64,000 nt of DNA from Octopus sinensis (GCF_006345805.1 NC_043026.1:14983579-15047578), one strand, 5' to 3'. Positions 51,412 through 63,236 are shown, counted from the stretch's first letter. Notes: a model not told the origin generated them from the sequence alone. Numbers and translations: made by a program.

Positions 51412-54197
51412 CATCATCATCATCATCGTTTAACGTCCGTTTTCCGCGCTAGCATGGGTTGGACGGTTTGGCCGGGGTCTGGGAAGCCAGGGGCTGCTCC
51501 AGGCTCCAGTCTGATCTGGCAGAGTTTCTACAGCTGGATGCCCTTCCTAACGCCAACCACTCCGCGAGTGTAGTGGGTGCTTTTTACGTGCCACCTGCAC
51601 AGGTGCCAGGGGGGTCCAGCATCGGCCACGATCGGTTGGAGCTTTTAACGTGCCAGCGGCACGGAAGCCATCCAAGGCGGCGCTGGCAACATTCTGATGG
51701 TGGTTTTTATGTGCCACTGGCACAGAAACCAGTCGGGGCGGTGCTGGCATCGGCCACATTTGGATAGAGCTTTTTATGTGCCACCGGCACAGGCATCACA
51801 ACTACTATTTCCATTGATATTTATTTCGACGTTCATGTTCATGTTCATGTACTTGACTCAACAGGTCTCCTCAAGCACAGCGGGACGTTCTGGGATCCAG
51901 GGTACTTTGAATGGGCAGGGGCTATGCGGAACTGATGCAGGAAGTAGCCCAGGTCTTTGCAGTCACGGCATATCTCCAGAGATCTCGGTCCTTCGCCATT
52001 GCCTCAGTGAGGCCCAACGCTCTGAGGTCATGCTTGACTACCTCATCCCATATCTTCCTGGGTCTACCTCTCCCCCTGATACCTTCAACTGGTTGGGAGT
52101 GGCACTTCTTCACACATCTCTCCTCATCCATCCGTAGTACATGACCATACCATCGCAAGCGTCGCTCTTGCACACCACATCTGATGCTTCTTATATCCAG
52201 CATTTCTCTCAGGGTGCTTACACTCTGTCGTGCGTGCACACTGACATTACACATCCAGCGGATCATGCTAGCTTCATTTCTTTCAAGTCTACGCATGTCC
52301 TCTGCAGTCACAGCCCATGTTTCACTACCGTGAAGCATGGCAGTTCGCACACATGCATCATACAATCTACCTTTTGCTCTGAGCGAGAGACCCTTTGTTG
52401 CCAGTAGGGGTAGGAGCTTTCTGAACTTTGCCTAGGCAATTCGTATTCTAGTGGTGATACTCTCTGTGCATCCACCTCCACTACTAACTTGGTCACCCAG
52501 GTAGCGGAAACTATCAACTACTTCTAGTTTCTCCCCTGGAGTGTGATGGAATCTGTTTTCTGAGTGTCTGTGGTGTCTATTGTCCCTGTGCATCTGCCGC
52601 ACAGGAAAGCTATCTTATCAGTTAATTTCCCTTTAATGTTGTTGCACCTCTTATGCGTCCATAGCTTACATTGGGTGCATCTTATGGAGTTTCTACCTAC
52701 ACCTTTCCTACAGATCGAGCAGGGCCACCTGTTCGAGGGGGTGTGTGCTGAGTTCGCCTTTCTGCTTACTATAACTTTGGTCTTTGCTACATTTACTCTA
52801 AGGCCCTTTGATTCTAACCCTTGCTTCCACACGCGAAATTTCTTTTCTAGTTCCGGTAGTGATTCTGCTATGGGAGCCAGGTCATCAGCATAGAGGAGCT
52901 CCCAGGGGCATCCTGTTTTGAATTCCTCTGTTATTGCTTGGAGGACTATGATGAATAAAATGGGACTGAGGGCTGAGCCTTGGTGCACACCTACTTCTAC
53001 CCAGAATTCTTCACTATATTCGTTGCCAATCCTAACCTTGTTGACAGCCTCTCTGTATAGAGCCTGTACAGCCCTTTTTAGCCATTCGTCAATCTCCAGT
53101 TTCCGCATCGACCACCAGATAAGGGAACGGGGAACCCTGTCAAAGGCTTTCTCCAAGTCCACAAAAGCTATGTAGAGGGGTTTATCTTCAGCTAGGTACT
53201 TCTCCTGCAGTTGTCGGACCAGGAATATAGCATCAGTGGTGCTTCTACCCGGCACAAAACTGAACTGCATCTCATCTAAGCAAATTCTCTCCCTAATGAG
53301 ATGGGTTATGACCCTCTCTGTGACCTTCATAACCTGATCCAACAGTTTAATACCCCTGTAGTTATTTCTATCTAGAGCATCACCCTTTCCCTTGTAGCAG
53401 TTGACTATGGTGCTGCTACGCCAGTCATTGGGTATGACTCCATTATGAACTACCTGGTTTACAATGCGGGTGACTAGGCCATAGCCCACATAGCCAGCTG
53501 TTTTAAGCATCTCAGCAGTGATTCCTGATGGGCCGGGGGCTTTACCTGGTTTCATATCCTTAATTGCCTTAACTACAAGGGAGCTGTCTATTCGGGTAGC
53601 TGGTCCCTCTACTGGGTCAACATTTGGCGGGCTCTCCTCCTCCCATTCATTCTCCTCATTCAGCAGCCTTTCATAATGGCTTCTCCAAGCCCTTTCTTTT
53701 CACCAACAGTAAAAGCAAGTGCCCCATCATCCATGCGGACACATTTCTCTCCTGTAACATCACTATTTTCTCTCACACACTGTCTGGCAATCCGAAATAC
53801 CTCAGCTCTTTGGTCCTCACGTCGCTGGACATTGGCAAACTTCTTCTTTTCTGCTACATCTTTGGCTATGTATACCTGCCGCCCAGCCTCCCTTTTGGCT
53901 ACCTGGTACAGTTCCCTGCTACCCCCATCCCTCCAGGCTTTCCAGGCCCATCTCTTTGCACTAATGGCTTTGTCTACTGCACTATTCCACCACCACATAA
54001 CTCTAGGTCTGGAAGGGACTTTGCACCATCCACAGACTCGGTCTGTGGCACTCAGCAAGCTGTCCCGTAGGAATTCCCAGCTACCTTCTATGTCCGACGT
54101 CTGAAGCTCCTCCTCCCTCTCATCAAATTTCTTGATGAGGATGTCCCTAAATCTCTGACCATGTGAAGGGTTCTTTAGCTTCCAAATCCTGGTTTTA
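51412..54197 (-). mobile_element. 5'-truncated, defective RTE-clade LINE (RT, PHD-like finger, thumb region, 3' UTR, (GAT)n tail)
   Basis: Minus-strand ORFs 53660-54058, 52524-53555 (GKAPGPSGI, FVDLEKAFDRV, GVHQGSALSP, LLYADDL) and 51922-52365 (RRLRWYGHVLRM, GRGRPRKIW). Two frameshifts and a likely TGG>TAG near 52430. The 3' UTR runs to a (GAT)n tail at ~51412. Endonuclease domain absent. Confidence 0.93.
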
Positions 54198-54557
54198 TCT
54201 CTAATTTAATATAATATATATATATATATAAAATGAGATAGGGGTTGTAAATTCAACCCTCCATGGGATAACATATATCCAATATACTGCTAGAGAAGTA
54301 CCCAACAAAGCTAATACATAAATGTTAAAAATTGCGATGCAATTAATTCATCTACTGTATTATGTGGGCAAAGGTAAAATTATTTTTACCGTAAATTAAT
54401 AATACAAAATGAGAAAATGGAGAAATATATCTAAATCAATCATCAGCTATCAGATAATACCCAATCAATACTTTATTAAACCACTACATAATAGCAATGA
54501 TATTATACATTAATATAGTACAAATATAACAAGACATAGAAATACATTTACATTGTA

Positions 54558-54668
54558 GCTGACAGCTGTTTTGGCCATGAAGACAGGTATGTCTCATTTC
54601 ACCTATTAGCCATATAAAGCAGGTATAAATGAGACATTAACAAGAATATCTCACGGCCTCTTCAGAGA
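54558..54668 (-). ncRNA. Degenerate hammerhead (G12A), same family as 9233-9356
   Basis: Minus strand: CU-CUGAAGA-GGCC(...)GGCC-AAAAC-AGCU-GUC|AG. Confidence 0.55.
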
Positions 54669-54747
54669 ATTTTAATACAAGTATGAGTACAAATCCTAAA
54701 TAATTTACATCTAAATATAAATATGTGTGCATACACACTCATATTCT

Positions 54748-54785
<38 letters not shown>

Positions 54786-55016
54786 ATAATACAATATAAA
54801 CAATATAGATCAATACACATCAACAAACACAATAATGTTCCATATTGAACTCCACAGCTCCTCAACCAATATCAAGAAACCACAACAGACACACTCACAC
54901 TCAAAGCAGGCATATATATATTAAACAGTCCAATACATTAGAATGTGTCATTTCACAAAAAGTCAATAAAGCTAATATCACCACGACGGTACCATCCAAT
55001 GCAAGCGGTCTCATTT

Positions 55017-55056
<40 letters not shown>

Positions 55057-55063
<7 letters not shown>

Positions 55064-55717
55064 TCAATATAGGGTGGCAAGGAAAATTTTGTAGAATTTT
55101 ATTGCCACCAGCGGCCCAGTGGGAAAAAATTAAATAGTCATAGACCATTTTTAAGTTCAACAATAACAATTAAGGAACGGCCATAATAGGCCATTCACCC
55201 ACTAGAAATAACAGCCAAAGCTTCTACCGCAAATAAAGATTAATTCCGTAAACAGGAGAAAATTAAAAAAACATTTACCCTGTAATTTCTTGTACGGTAT
55301 ACCGTTTCATCCGCTGTTTAATGGTAACTAACATGATTAAATTAAATCAAGCAATCTTCCATAAGCCCTCGGATTCTTCAGCAAGAAATAGCTCAAGTCG
55401 GAACAGATATTTACACGAGGCATACCCAATCTTGCCAAGTCAATATCTGACCTAAAATTTTCAAATCGTCGCACTCGCGCCAAATTTATCGGCAGCAAAT
55501 AAATATCAGCCGTCGATTCCATTACGGAATTAACCAAAAAATTCATAATTAATCAATATAGGGTGGCAAGGAAAAGAAATTACAGGGTACAAGAAATTAC
55601 AGGGTAAATGTTTTTTAATTTTCTCCTGTTTACGGAATTAATCTTTATTTGCGGTAGAAGCTTTGGCTGTTATTTCTAGTGGGTGAATGGCCTATTATGG
55701 CCGTTCCTTAATTGTTA
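55057..55717. mobile_element. Hammerhead-containing repeat with 30-bp terminal direct repeats and an inverted extension (Penelope-like/retrozyme-like architecture)
   Basis: Direct repeat TAATTAATCAATATAGGGTGGCAAGGAAAA at 55057 and 55546; inverted arms 55164-55295 and 55587-55717; hammerhead at 55285-55389. Confidence 0.75.
55285..55389 (-). ncRNA. Type I hammerhead ribozyme, canonical core
   Basis: Minus strand: AUUUCUUG-CUGAAGA-AUCCG(56 nt)CGGAU-GAAAC-GGUAUACC-GUA|CAAGAAAU. 8-bp stem I, 5-bp stem II, palindromic stem III, GUA cleavage triplet. Confidence 0.85.
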
Positions 55718-56021
55718 TATATATATATATATACATACACACATATTTACGAATGTATGTATAGAAATACGGCTATAAACATAAGTATGAACCCACTTTT
55801 GAATATATACACATAACGAGGTGCTCCAGCATGGCCGCATTCAAATCACTGGAAACAAGTAAAAAAATAATGTGTACCGGTTCTGGGATAATTTTGCAGT
55901 TTTACGAAAATGTGAATATACACGTGTGTGAGTGTATATATATATATATATATATATATGAGTGTGTGTGTGTTTATGTAATGTTTAAATATGCACGTTG
56001 TGTGTATATATATGTATGCAG

Positions 56022-56057
<36 letters not shown>

Positions 56058-56073
56058 TATATATTATTATCAT

Positions 56074-56109
<36 letters not shown>

Positions 56110-56191
56110 GCATGCATGTATGTATAGGAATGTCTGGTCCGACACTAGAGACTTTCATAATCATTGATTCACCATTAAAAGGCAGACGACC

Positions 56192-56222
<31 letters not shown>

Positions 56223-56699
56223 GCAGCAGCAGACGACCACCGCCGCCTCCACCACCACCACCACCTCCATCACCACCATCGCCGCCTCCACCACCACCAC
56301 CACCACCGCCGCCACCGCCGCTGCCTCCATCATCATCACCACCACCACCACCACCACCACCGCCTCCGTCATCATCATCATCATCATCATCATCATCGTC
56401 ATCATGGGGGGGGACATGGGTGGAGGCTAGGGAAAGGGGGTTGAGTGTTTCCTTAAGAAAATTTTTTTTTTAAATCCTAGATTCGTAATGGCTATATATA
56501 TATATATATATAATATATATATATATATTTTTTTTTACGTGAATTACAATATATATAAATTCACAAAAACTTTTTAAAATTGGGGTAGTGGGGACATTGG
56601 AAGTTTGAAAACGTGCTTTTGGGACAAAATCCTAATTTCCTATAACGAAAACATATGCATCTAAAAAAAAATCCTTAAAAATCCTGGGGCACCACCGCT

Positions 56700-57075
56700 G
56701 AATGAGCTGCACTAATATGTGAATCCACCTCTGATACGTAGCACTTGGTCAACAAGGGAGTTCGATGCCGCTACCTGTGTCTCCTGCCGAGAGGTAGGTT
56801 CATCTGGGACCCCCGACAAGAAGAGATCCAGTTTAGTTTTAAAGAAACCTACATCCACACCATGTAAGTCTCTCAGGCATTTAGGGAGGATGTTAAAGAG
56901 CTGTGGTCCTCTGAAACCCAAGCTGTTGCAGTATCTGGTCCTGTATTTTGATGGTGATGTTGGAATCTTGGCACCTTGCAGTGGCGCCCCGTTCTGTGGT
57001 TGGGGTAACTTTGAATGCCAAAGTTTGGGACAAGACCCTCCAGGATTTTCCAGATGTATATCACCGCAGGAAAAA
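56700..57075 (-). mobile_element. CR1/L2-group LINE ORF2 C-terminal fragment (one frameshift)
   Basis: IYIWKILEGLVPNFGI...RTGRHC, then NSLGFRGPQLFNILPKCLRDLHGVDVGFFKTKLDLFLSGVPDEP...NSL. Confidence 0.78.
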
Positions 57076-57289
57076 GAAAAAAAATACACCTCAGCTTCAA
57101 ATGAAATGACCTTTTTTTTTTTTAAAACCTGATCTCTGATATAAACTTAGAGGTAAGTTTTTTCAGAGATCATGTCGTTAAGCTATTGTTTCCAGCATGT
57201 CAGAGGTGACATTTGTGGCCCGCTACATTTTTTTTTTTTTCAAAGCTTTCTTCGAATTCTTATGTATTAGGATTTTGCCTGCAAAATCA

Positions 57290-58745
57290 TCATCATCATC
57301 ATTATTATTTAGCGTCCGCTTCCCATGCTAGCATGGGTTGGACAGTTCAACTGGGGTCTGGGAAGCCAGAAGGTTGCATCAGGCTCCAGTCTGATCTAGC
57401 AATGTTTCTACGGCTGGATGCCCTTCCTAACGCCAACCACTCCGTGAGTGTAGTGGGTGCTTTTTACGTGCCACCGCACAGGTGCCAGACGGGGCTGGCA
57501 AACAGCCACGGTCGGATGGTGCTTTTTACGTGCCACCGGCACAGGTGCCAGACGGGGCTGGCAAACGGCCACGGTCGGATGGTGCTTTTTACGTGCCACC
57601 GCACAGTGCCAGACGGGGCTGGCAAACGGCCACGGTCGGATGGTGCTTTTTACGTGCCACTGGCACAGGTGCCAGACGGGGCTGGCAAACGGCCACGGTC
57701 GGATGGTGCTTTTTATGTGTCACCGGCACAGGTGCCAGACGGGGCTGGCAAACGGCCACGGTCGGATGGTGCTTTTTATGTGTCACCACCGGCACAGGTG
57801 CCAGACGGGGCTGGCAAACGGCCACGGTCGGATGGTGCTTTTTACGTGCCACTGGCACAGGTGCCAGACGGGGCTGGCAAACGGCCACGGTCGGATGGTG
57901 CTTTTTACGTGCCACCGGCACAGGTGCCAATCGGGGCTGGCAAACGGCCACGGTCGGATGGTGCTTTTTACGTGCCACCGGCACAGGTGCCAGACGGGGC
58001 TGGCAAACGGCCACGGTCGGATGGTGCTTTTTACGTGCCACGGCACAGGTGCCAGACGGGGCTGGCAAACGGCCACGGTCGGATGGTGCTTTTTATGTGT
58101 CACCGGCACAGGTGCCAGACGGGGCTGGCAAACGGCCACGGTCGGATGGTGCTTTATACGTGCCAGACAGGGCTGGCAAACAGCCACGGTCGGATGGTGC
58201 TTTTTACGTGCCACCGGCACAGGTGCCAATCGGGGCTGGCAAACGGCCACGGTCGGATGGTGCTTTTTACGTGCCACCGGCACAGGTGCCAGACGGGGCT
58301 GGCAAACGGCCACGGTCGGATGGTGCTTTTTACGTGCCACCGGCACAGGTGCCAGACGGGGCTGGCAAACGGCCACGGTCGGATGGTGCTTTTTATGTGT
58401 CACCGGCACAGGTGCCAGACGGGGCTGGCAAACGGCCACGGTCGGATGGTGCTTTATACGTGCCAGACAGGGCTGGCAAACAGCCACGGTTGGATGGTGC
58501 TTTTTACATGCCACCGGCACAGGTGCCAGACGGGGCTGGCAAACGGCCACGGTCGGATGGTGCTTTTTATATGTCACCGGCATGGAGGCCAGGCGAAGCT
58601 GGCAACAGCCACGAACGGATGGTGCTTTTTACGTGCCACCAGCATGAGGCCAGTCGGGGCGGCGCTGGCAACGGCCACGTTTGGATGGTTCTCTTACGTG
58701 CCACCGGCACTGGTATCACAGCTGCAATTTCCATTGATGCTGATC
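57290..58745 (-). repeat. RTE 3'-UTR-type element with an expanded ~62-63-bp minisatellite (about 18 units)
   Basis: (CAT)n-TTAGCGTCCG...GGATGCCCTTCCTAACGCCAACCACTCC, then tandem ACAGGTGCCAGACGGGGCTGGCAAACGGCCACGGTCGGATGGTGCTTTTTACGTGCCACCGGC. Same element type at 190-470, 1945-2350, 5790-6180, 8900-9000, 9480-9660, 16265-16450, 18240-18790, 37863-38120, 39265-39590 and 44750-45110. Confidence 0.88.
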
Positions 58746-59124
58746 GATTTTGATATATTTCCAAAATTCTAATTTTCCTCATCCTTCAGTTTTTTTTAAT
58801 TTACTTCTTTTCGAAATTTTTCTTTCTTTTGTAATTCACGAAGAAGAATACAGAGATTAGAAATATTTATCTTTTCTCTCTTTCACTTGTTTCAGTCATT
58901 TGACTGTGGCCATGCTGGAGCTCCGCCTTTAATCGAGCAAATCGACCCCGGGACTTATTCTTTGTAAGCCCAGTACTTATTCTATCGGTCTCTTTTTGCC
59001 AAACCGCTAAGTAACGGGGACGTAAACACACCAGCATCGGTCGTCAAGCGATGGTGGGGGGACAAACACAGACACACAAACATACACACACACATACATA
59101 TATATATAATATATATACATATAT

Positions 59125-59199
<75 letters not shown>

Positions 59200-60034
59200 A
59201 TACATATATAGGACAGGCTTCTTTCAGTTTCCGTCTACCAAATCCACTCACAAGGCATTGGTCGGCCTGAGGCTATAGCAGAAGACACTTGCCCAAGATG
59301 CCACGCAGTGGGACTGAACCCGGAACCATGTGGTTGGTAAGCAAGCTACTTACCACACAGCCACTCCTGCGCCTGGTGTTGGGAATTATAATTTTGAAAA
59401 CACGATATTTGGTCAAAATCGTATTCTCCTATGTCGAAAACATGAGAATCCGAAAACATTTTGGCAAAAAAAACAAAAAACAGGAAATGGGTGGGGCGCA
59501 CGTGTTTTACGTACGCCCACATTTGTGTATGAATGTCCAAATTCCGGCGAGGTCCACTTTGCCTTTCATACTTTCGGGGTCAACTTTGCCTTTCACCTTT
59601 TTGCTGGGGGGTTTCAATAAAACAAATACCAGTTGACTACTGAGGTCCACGAAATCGACTTACGCCCCCCCCCCACTTCCACTCCCCACCCCCGAAAAAA
59701 TTGCTGGCTTTGTGCCAAAATTTGAAACCAATATTTCATCCCCCACTTCCACCACCACCCCCAAAAATTGCTGGCGTTGTGCCAAAATTTGAAACCAATA
59801 TTTCACCACCCCCACTTCCACCACCATCCCCAAAAAATTGCTGGCGTTGTGCCAAAATTTGAAACCAATAGGCGCAGGAGTGGCTGTGTGGTAAGTAGCT
59901 TGCTTTCCAACCACATGGTTCCGGGTTCAGTCCCACTGCGTGCCACCTTGGGCAAGTGTCTTCTACTATAGCCTCAGGCCGACCAAAGCCTTGTGAGTGG
60001 ATTTGGTAGACGGAAACTGAAAGAAGCCTGTCGC

Positions 60035-60077
<43 letters not shown>

Positions 60078-60313
60078 CGTATGTGTGTTTATATGTTTGT
60101 GTGTCTGTGTTTGTCCCCCCAACATCGCTTGACAACCGATGCTGGTGTGTTTACATCCCCGTCACTTAGTGGTTCGGCAAAAGAGACCGATATAATAAGT
60201 ACTGGGCTTGCAAAGAATAAGTCCCGGGGTCGATTTGCTCGACTAAAAAAAGGTGCTGCTCCAGCATGGCCGCAGTCAAATGACTGAAACAAGAAAAAGA
60301 GTAATATTTCATA

Positions 60314-60340
60314 CGCATGCGCACTAAACGTACTTCCGCC
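60314..60340. promoter_or_regulatory. Possible housekeeping-promoter motif pair (NRF1-like and ETS-like)
   Basis: CGCATGCGCA at 60314-60323 and ACTTCCGCC (GGCGGAAGT on minus) at 60332-60340, in unique sequence of an otherwise CpG-poor region. Confidence 0.3.
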
Positions 60341-60590
60341 TTCATTCATTACATCTTAATAAATATCTCTGGTTCCATAATTTCTCTCAATTCACTCCTA
60401 AACACATTTATAATACATTTCTCAACCACCTGACGCACTTCTAACAACAACACCATCCTTTATAAAGACGTTTCCGTAAGTATTAAACAACGAAAACATT
60501 TAATCTTTTAATACTTTGGTGTCTCAGATGTCCTTTGATCTGTTCCACATTTGGCTGCTATTTCTAGCTATGGCGGGAACCTCCTACACG

Positions 60591-61952
60591 CTCCATCGTT
60601 TCTTCTTTAAGTTTGTTTGTTGTGTGTTTTAGGTGGAGAAATATTCTTAGAATAAACTCCAACCACAGAAATGCTGAGAATCCAATGCTTTATTATAATT
60701 TATCGAACCCTTGTTTCTTGATATAAGGTAAGGGACATAATTAGTAAGCGGGGCAAAATGAGTAATTTCCCATTTCTTCCTACAAGTTCCATCGTTTCCA
60801 TGTTCGTTTGTTGTGTGTTTTAGGTGGAGAAATGTTCTTAAAATAAACTCCAACCACAGAAATGCTGAGAATCCAATGCTTTATTATAATTTATCGAACC
60901 CTTGTTTCTTGATATAAGGTAAGGGACATAATTAGTAAGCGGGGCAAAATGAGTAATTTCCTATTTTCTTCCTACAAGCTCCATTGTTTCCATGTTCGTT
61001 GTGTGTGTTTTAGTTGGAGAAATATCCTCAAATAAACTCCAACCACAGAATGCTGAGATCCAATGCTTTATTATAATTTATCGAACCTTGTTTCTTGATA
61101 TAAGGTAAGGGACATAATTAGTAAGCGGGGCAAAATGAGTAATTTCTATTTTCTTCCTACAAGCTCCATTGTTCCATGTTCGTTTGTTGTGTGTTTTAGT
61201 TGGAGAAATATCCTCAAATAAACTCCAACCACAGAAATGCTGAGAATCCAATGCTTTATTATATTTATCAAACCCTTGTTTCTTGGTATAAGGTAAGGGA
61301 CATAATTAGTAAGCGGGGCAAAATGAGTAATTTCCTATTTTCTTCCTCCAAGCTCCATTGTTTCCATGTTCGTTTGTTGTGTTTTTAGTTGGAGAAATAT
61401 CCTCAAATAAACTCCAACCACAGAAATGCTGAGAATCCAATGCTTTATTATAATTTATCAAACCCTTGTTTCTTGATATAAGGTAAGGGACATAATTAGT
61501 AAGCGGGGCAAAATGAGTAATTCCTATTTTCTCCTACAAGCTCCATTGTTTCCATGTTCGTTTGTTGTGTGTTTTAGTTGGAGAATATCCTCAAATAAAC
61601 TCCAACCACAGAAATGCTGAGAATCCAATGCTTTATTATAATTTATCGAACCCTTGTTTCTTGATATAAGGTAAGGACATAATTAGTAAGCGGGGCAAAA
61701 TGAGTAATTTCTTATTTCTTACTACACGTTCCATCGTTTCTTCTTTAAGTTTGTTTGTTGTGTGTTTTAGGTGGAGAAATGTTCTTAAAATAAACTCCAA
61801 CCACAGAAATGCTGAGAATCCATGCTTTATTATAATTTATCAACCCTTGTTTCTTGATATAAGGTAAGGGACATATTAGTAAGCGGGGCAAAATGAGTAA
61901 TTTCCTATTTTCTTCCTCCAAGCTCCATTGTTTCCATGTTCGTTTGTTGTGT
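60591..61952. repeat. ~190-bp tandem satellite, 7+ units, running into an assembly gap
   Basis: ATAAACTCCAACCACAGAA recurs at 60652, 60843, 61032, 61218, 61407, 61595 and 61790. Confidence 0.92.
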
Positions 61953-62052
61953 NNNNNNNNNNNNNNNNNNNNNNNNNNNNNNNNNNNNNNNNNNNNNNNN
62001 NNNNNNNNNNNNNNNNNNNNNNNNNNNNNNNNNNNNNNNNNNNNNNNNNNNN
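61953..62052. other. Assembly gap (100 N)
   Basis: Run of N. Confidence 1.
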
Positions 62053-62199
62053 TCATTTTTTTTTTTGCTTTTGCTTTCCTCTTTCTTTCCATTTACGATC
62101 CCTTTTGATCGAACCCCCCCCCTTTTATTCCCAAAAGAAAAGCTCTACCTTGTAATTTGTCCCGTCTGTGTGCAGCCCTGTGTGGCTAATAAAGAAACA

Positions 62200-63015
62200 T
62201 ATCATTAAAGATGTTCCATCCGTGACCAACCAGTCTGACATAGTGTATCTAGGACTACATTGTATAATGCTTACTTTGTTATTGTTTAGACCCAGGTGTG
62301 TACTGATCCAACAGAGCTATGATGAAAGACATTCCAGCCATGACCATCCCATCTTATATTCAGTACTACAAAATATACTCCAACTGCGACCATCCTGTCT
62401 TTTATGCTGACATAATGTATCTAGGGCTACATTATTTAATGTGTCCTACATTGTTGCTGCTGTTTAACCCTTGGTCAATCTTGATCCAGTAAGCCTGTGA
62501 TCAAAGGTGTTCCAGCTGTGACCATCCTGTCTTTTATTCAGACATAGTGTATCTAGGACTACATTATCTAATGTGTCCTTCATTGTTGCTGCTGTTTAAC
62601 CCTTGGTCAGTCCTGATCCAGCAGACCGATGATCAAAAAAGTTCCCTCTGTGACCATTTTGTCTTTTATTCATGCATCGTGTATCTAGGACTACATCATC
62701 TAATGTGTCCTTCATTGTTGCTGTTGTTTAGTCCAGGGCAAAGTACTGGTCCAACAGACCTCTGATGAAAGATATTCCAGCCATGACCATCTCACCTTAT
62801 ATTCAGTATAATTGAATATACTCCAGTTGTGACCATCCCCTCTTTTATTCTGACACAGTGTATCTAGGACTACATTATCTAATGCCTTCTTCCTTATAGT
62901 TGTTGTTTAACCCCTGGTCAGTCTTGATCCAGTAGGCCTATGATCAAGGATGTTTCACCTGTGACCATTCTGTCTTATATTCTGGCTTAGTGTATCTAGG
63001 ACTACATTATCTAAT
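62200..63015. repeat. ~115-125-bp tandem repeat array (same family at 11455-11790)
   Basis: Recurrent GTGTATCTAGGACTACATTATCTAATGTG ... GTCCTGATCCAG ... GTGACCATCCTGTCTTTTATTC. Confidence 0.85.
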
Positions 63016-63236
63016 GATGATGGTAGTGGTAATAATGGTGGTGGTGGAGGTGGGGGTGGGGGTGGTGGTGGTGATAATGATGTTGATGATTGTGATAACA
63101 TAATTTCATTTTTTTTCTTCTTTTTCTTTCTCTTTCCAGTGTCTCTGCAATTAGAAGATGACGAACTTTATGTATTTTTTCCACCTTTTTTCACATTTAT
63201 GTGCATACTCTTGTATATAAATATATATATATATAT

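Larger units (their letters stand above)
40510..55940 (+). repeat. Segmental duplication, copy 2 (with extra insertions at ~43050-45140 and ~51410-55720)
   Basis: Colinear with 21800-31010. Homology stops at 51410 and resumes at ~55725-55940, matching 30825-31010. Confidence 0.88.

Noticed and set aside
56112-56444. His-rich or Pro-rich ORF
   Set aside because: Compound (CAA)(CAG)(CAC)(CAT) microsatellite with no convincing splice context or homology.
57213-58772. 519-, 423- and 396-aa overlapping ORFs
   Set aside because: They arise from a stop-free 62-63-bp minisatellite within an RTE 3' UTR repeat and are open in several frames at once.
60591-61952. CRISPR-like array (also considered for 57470-58640)
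   Set aside because: Units are repeated in full with no unique spacers, there are no cas genes, and the context is eukaryotic.
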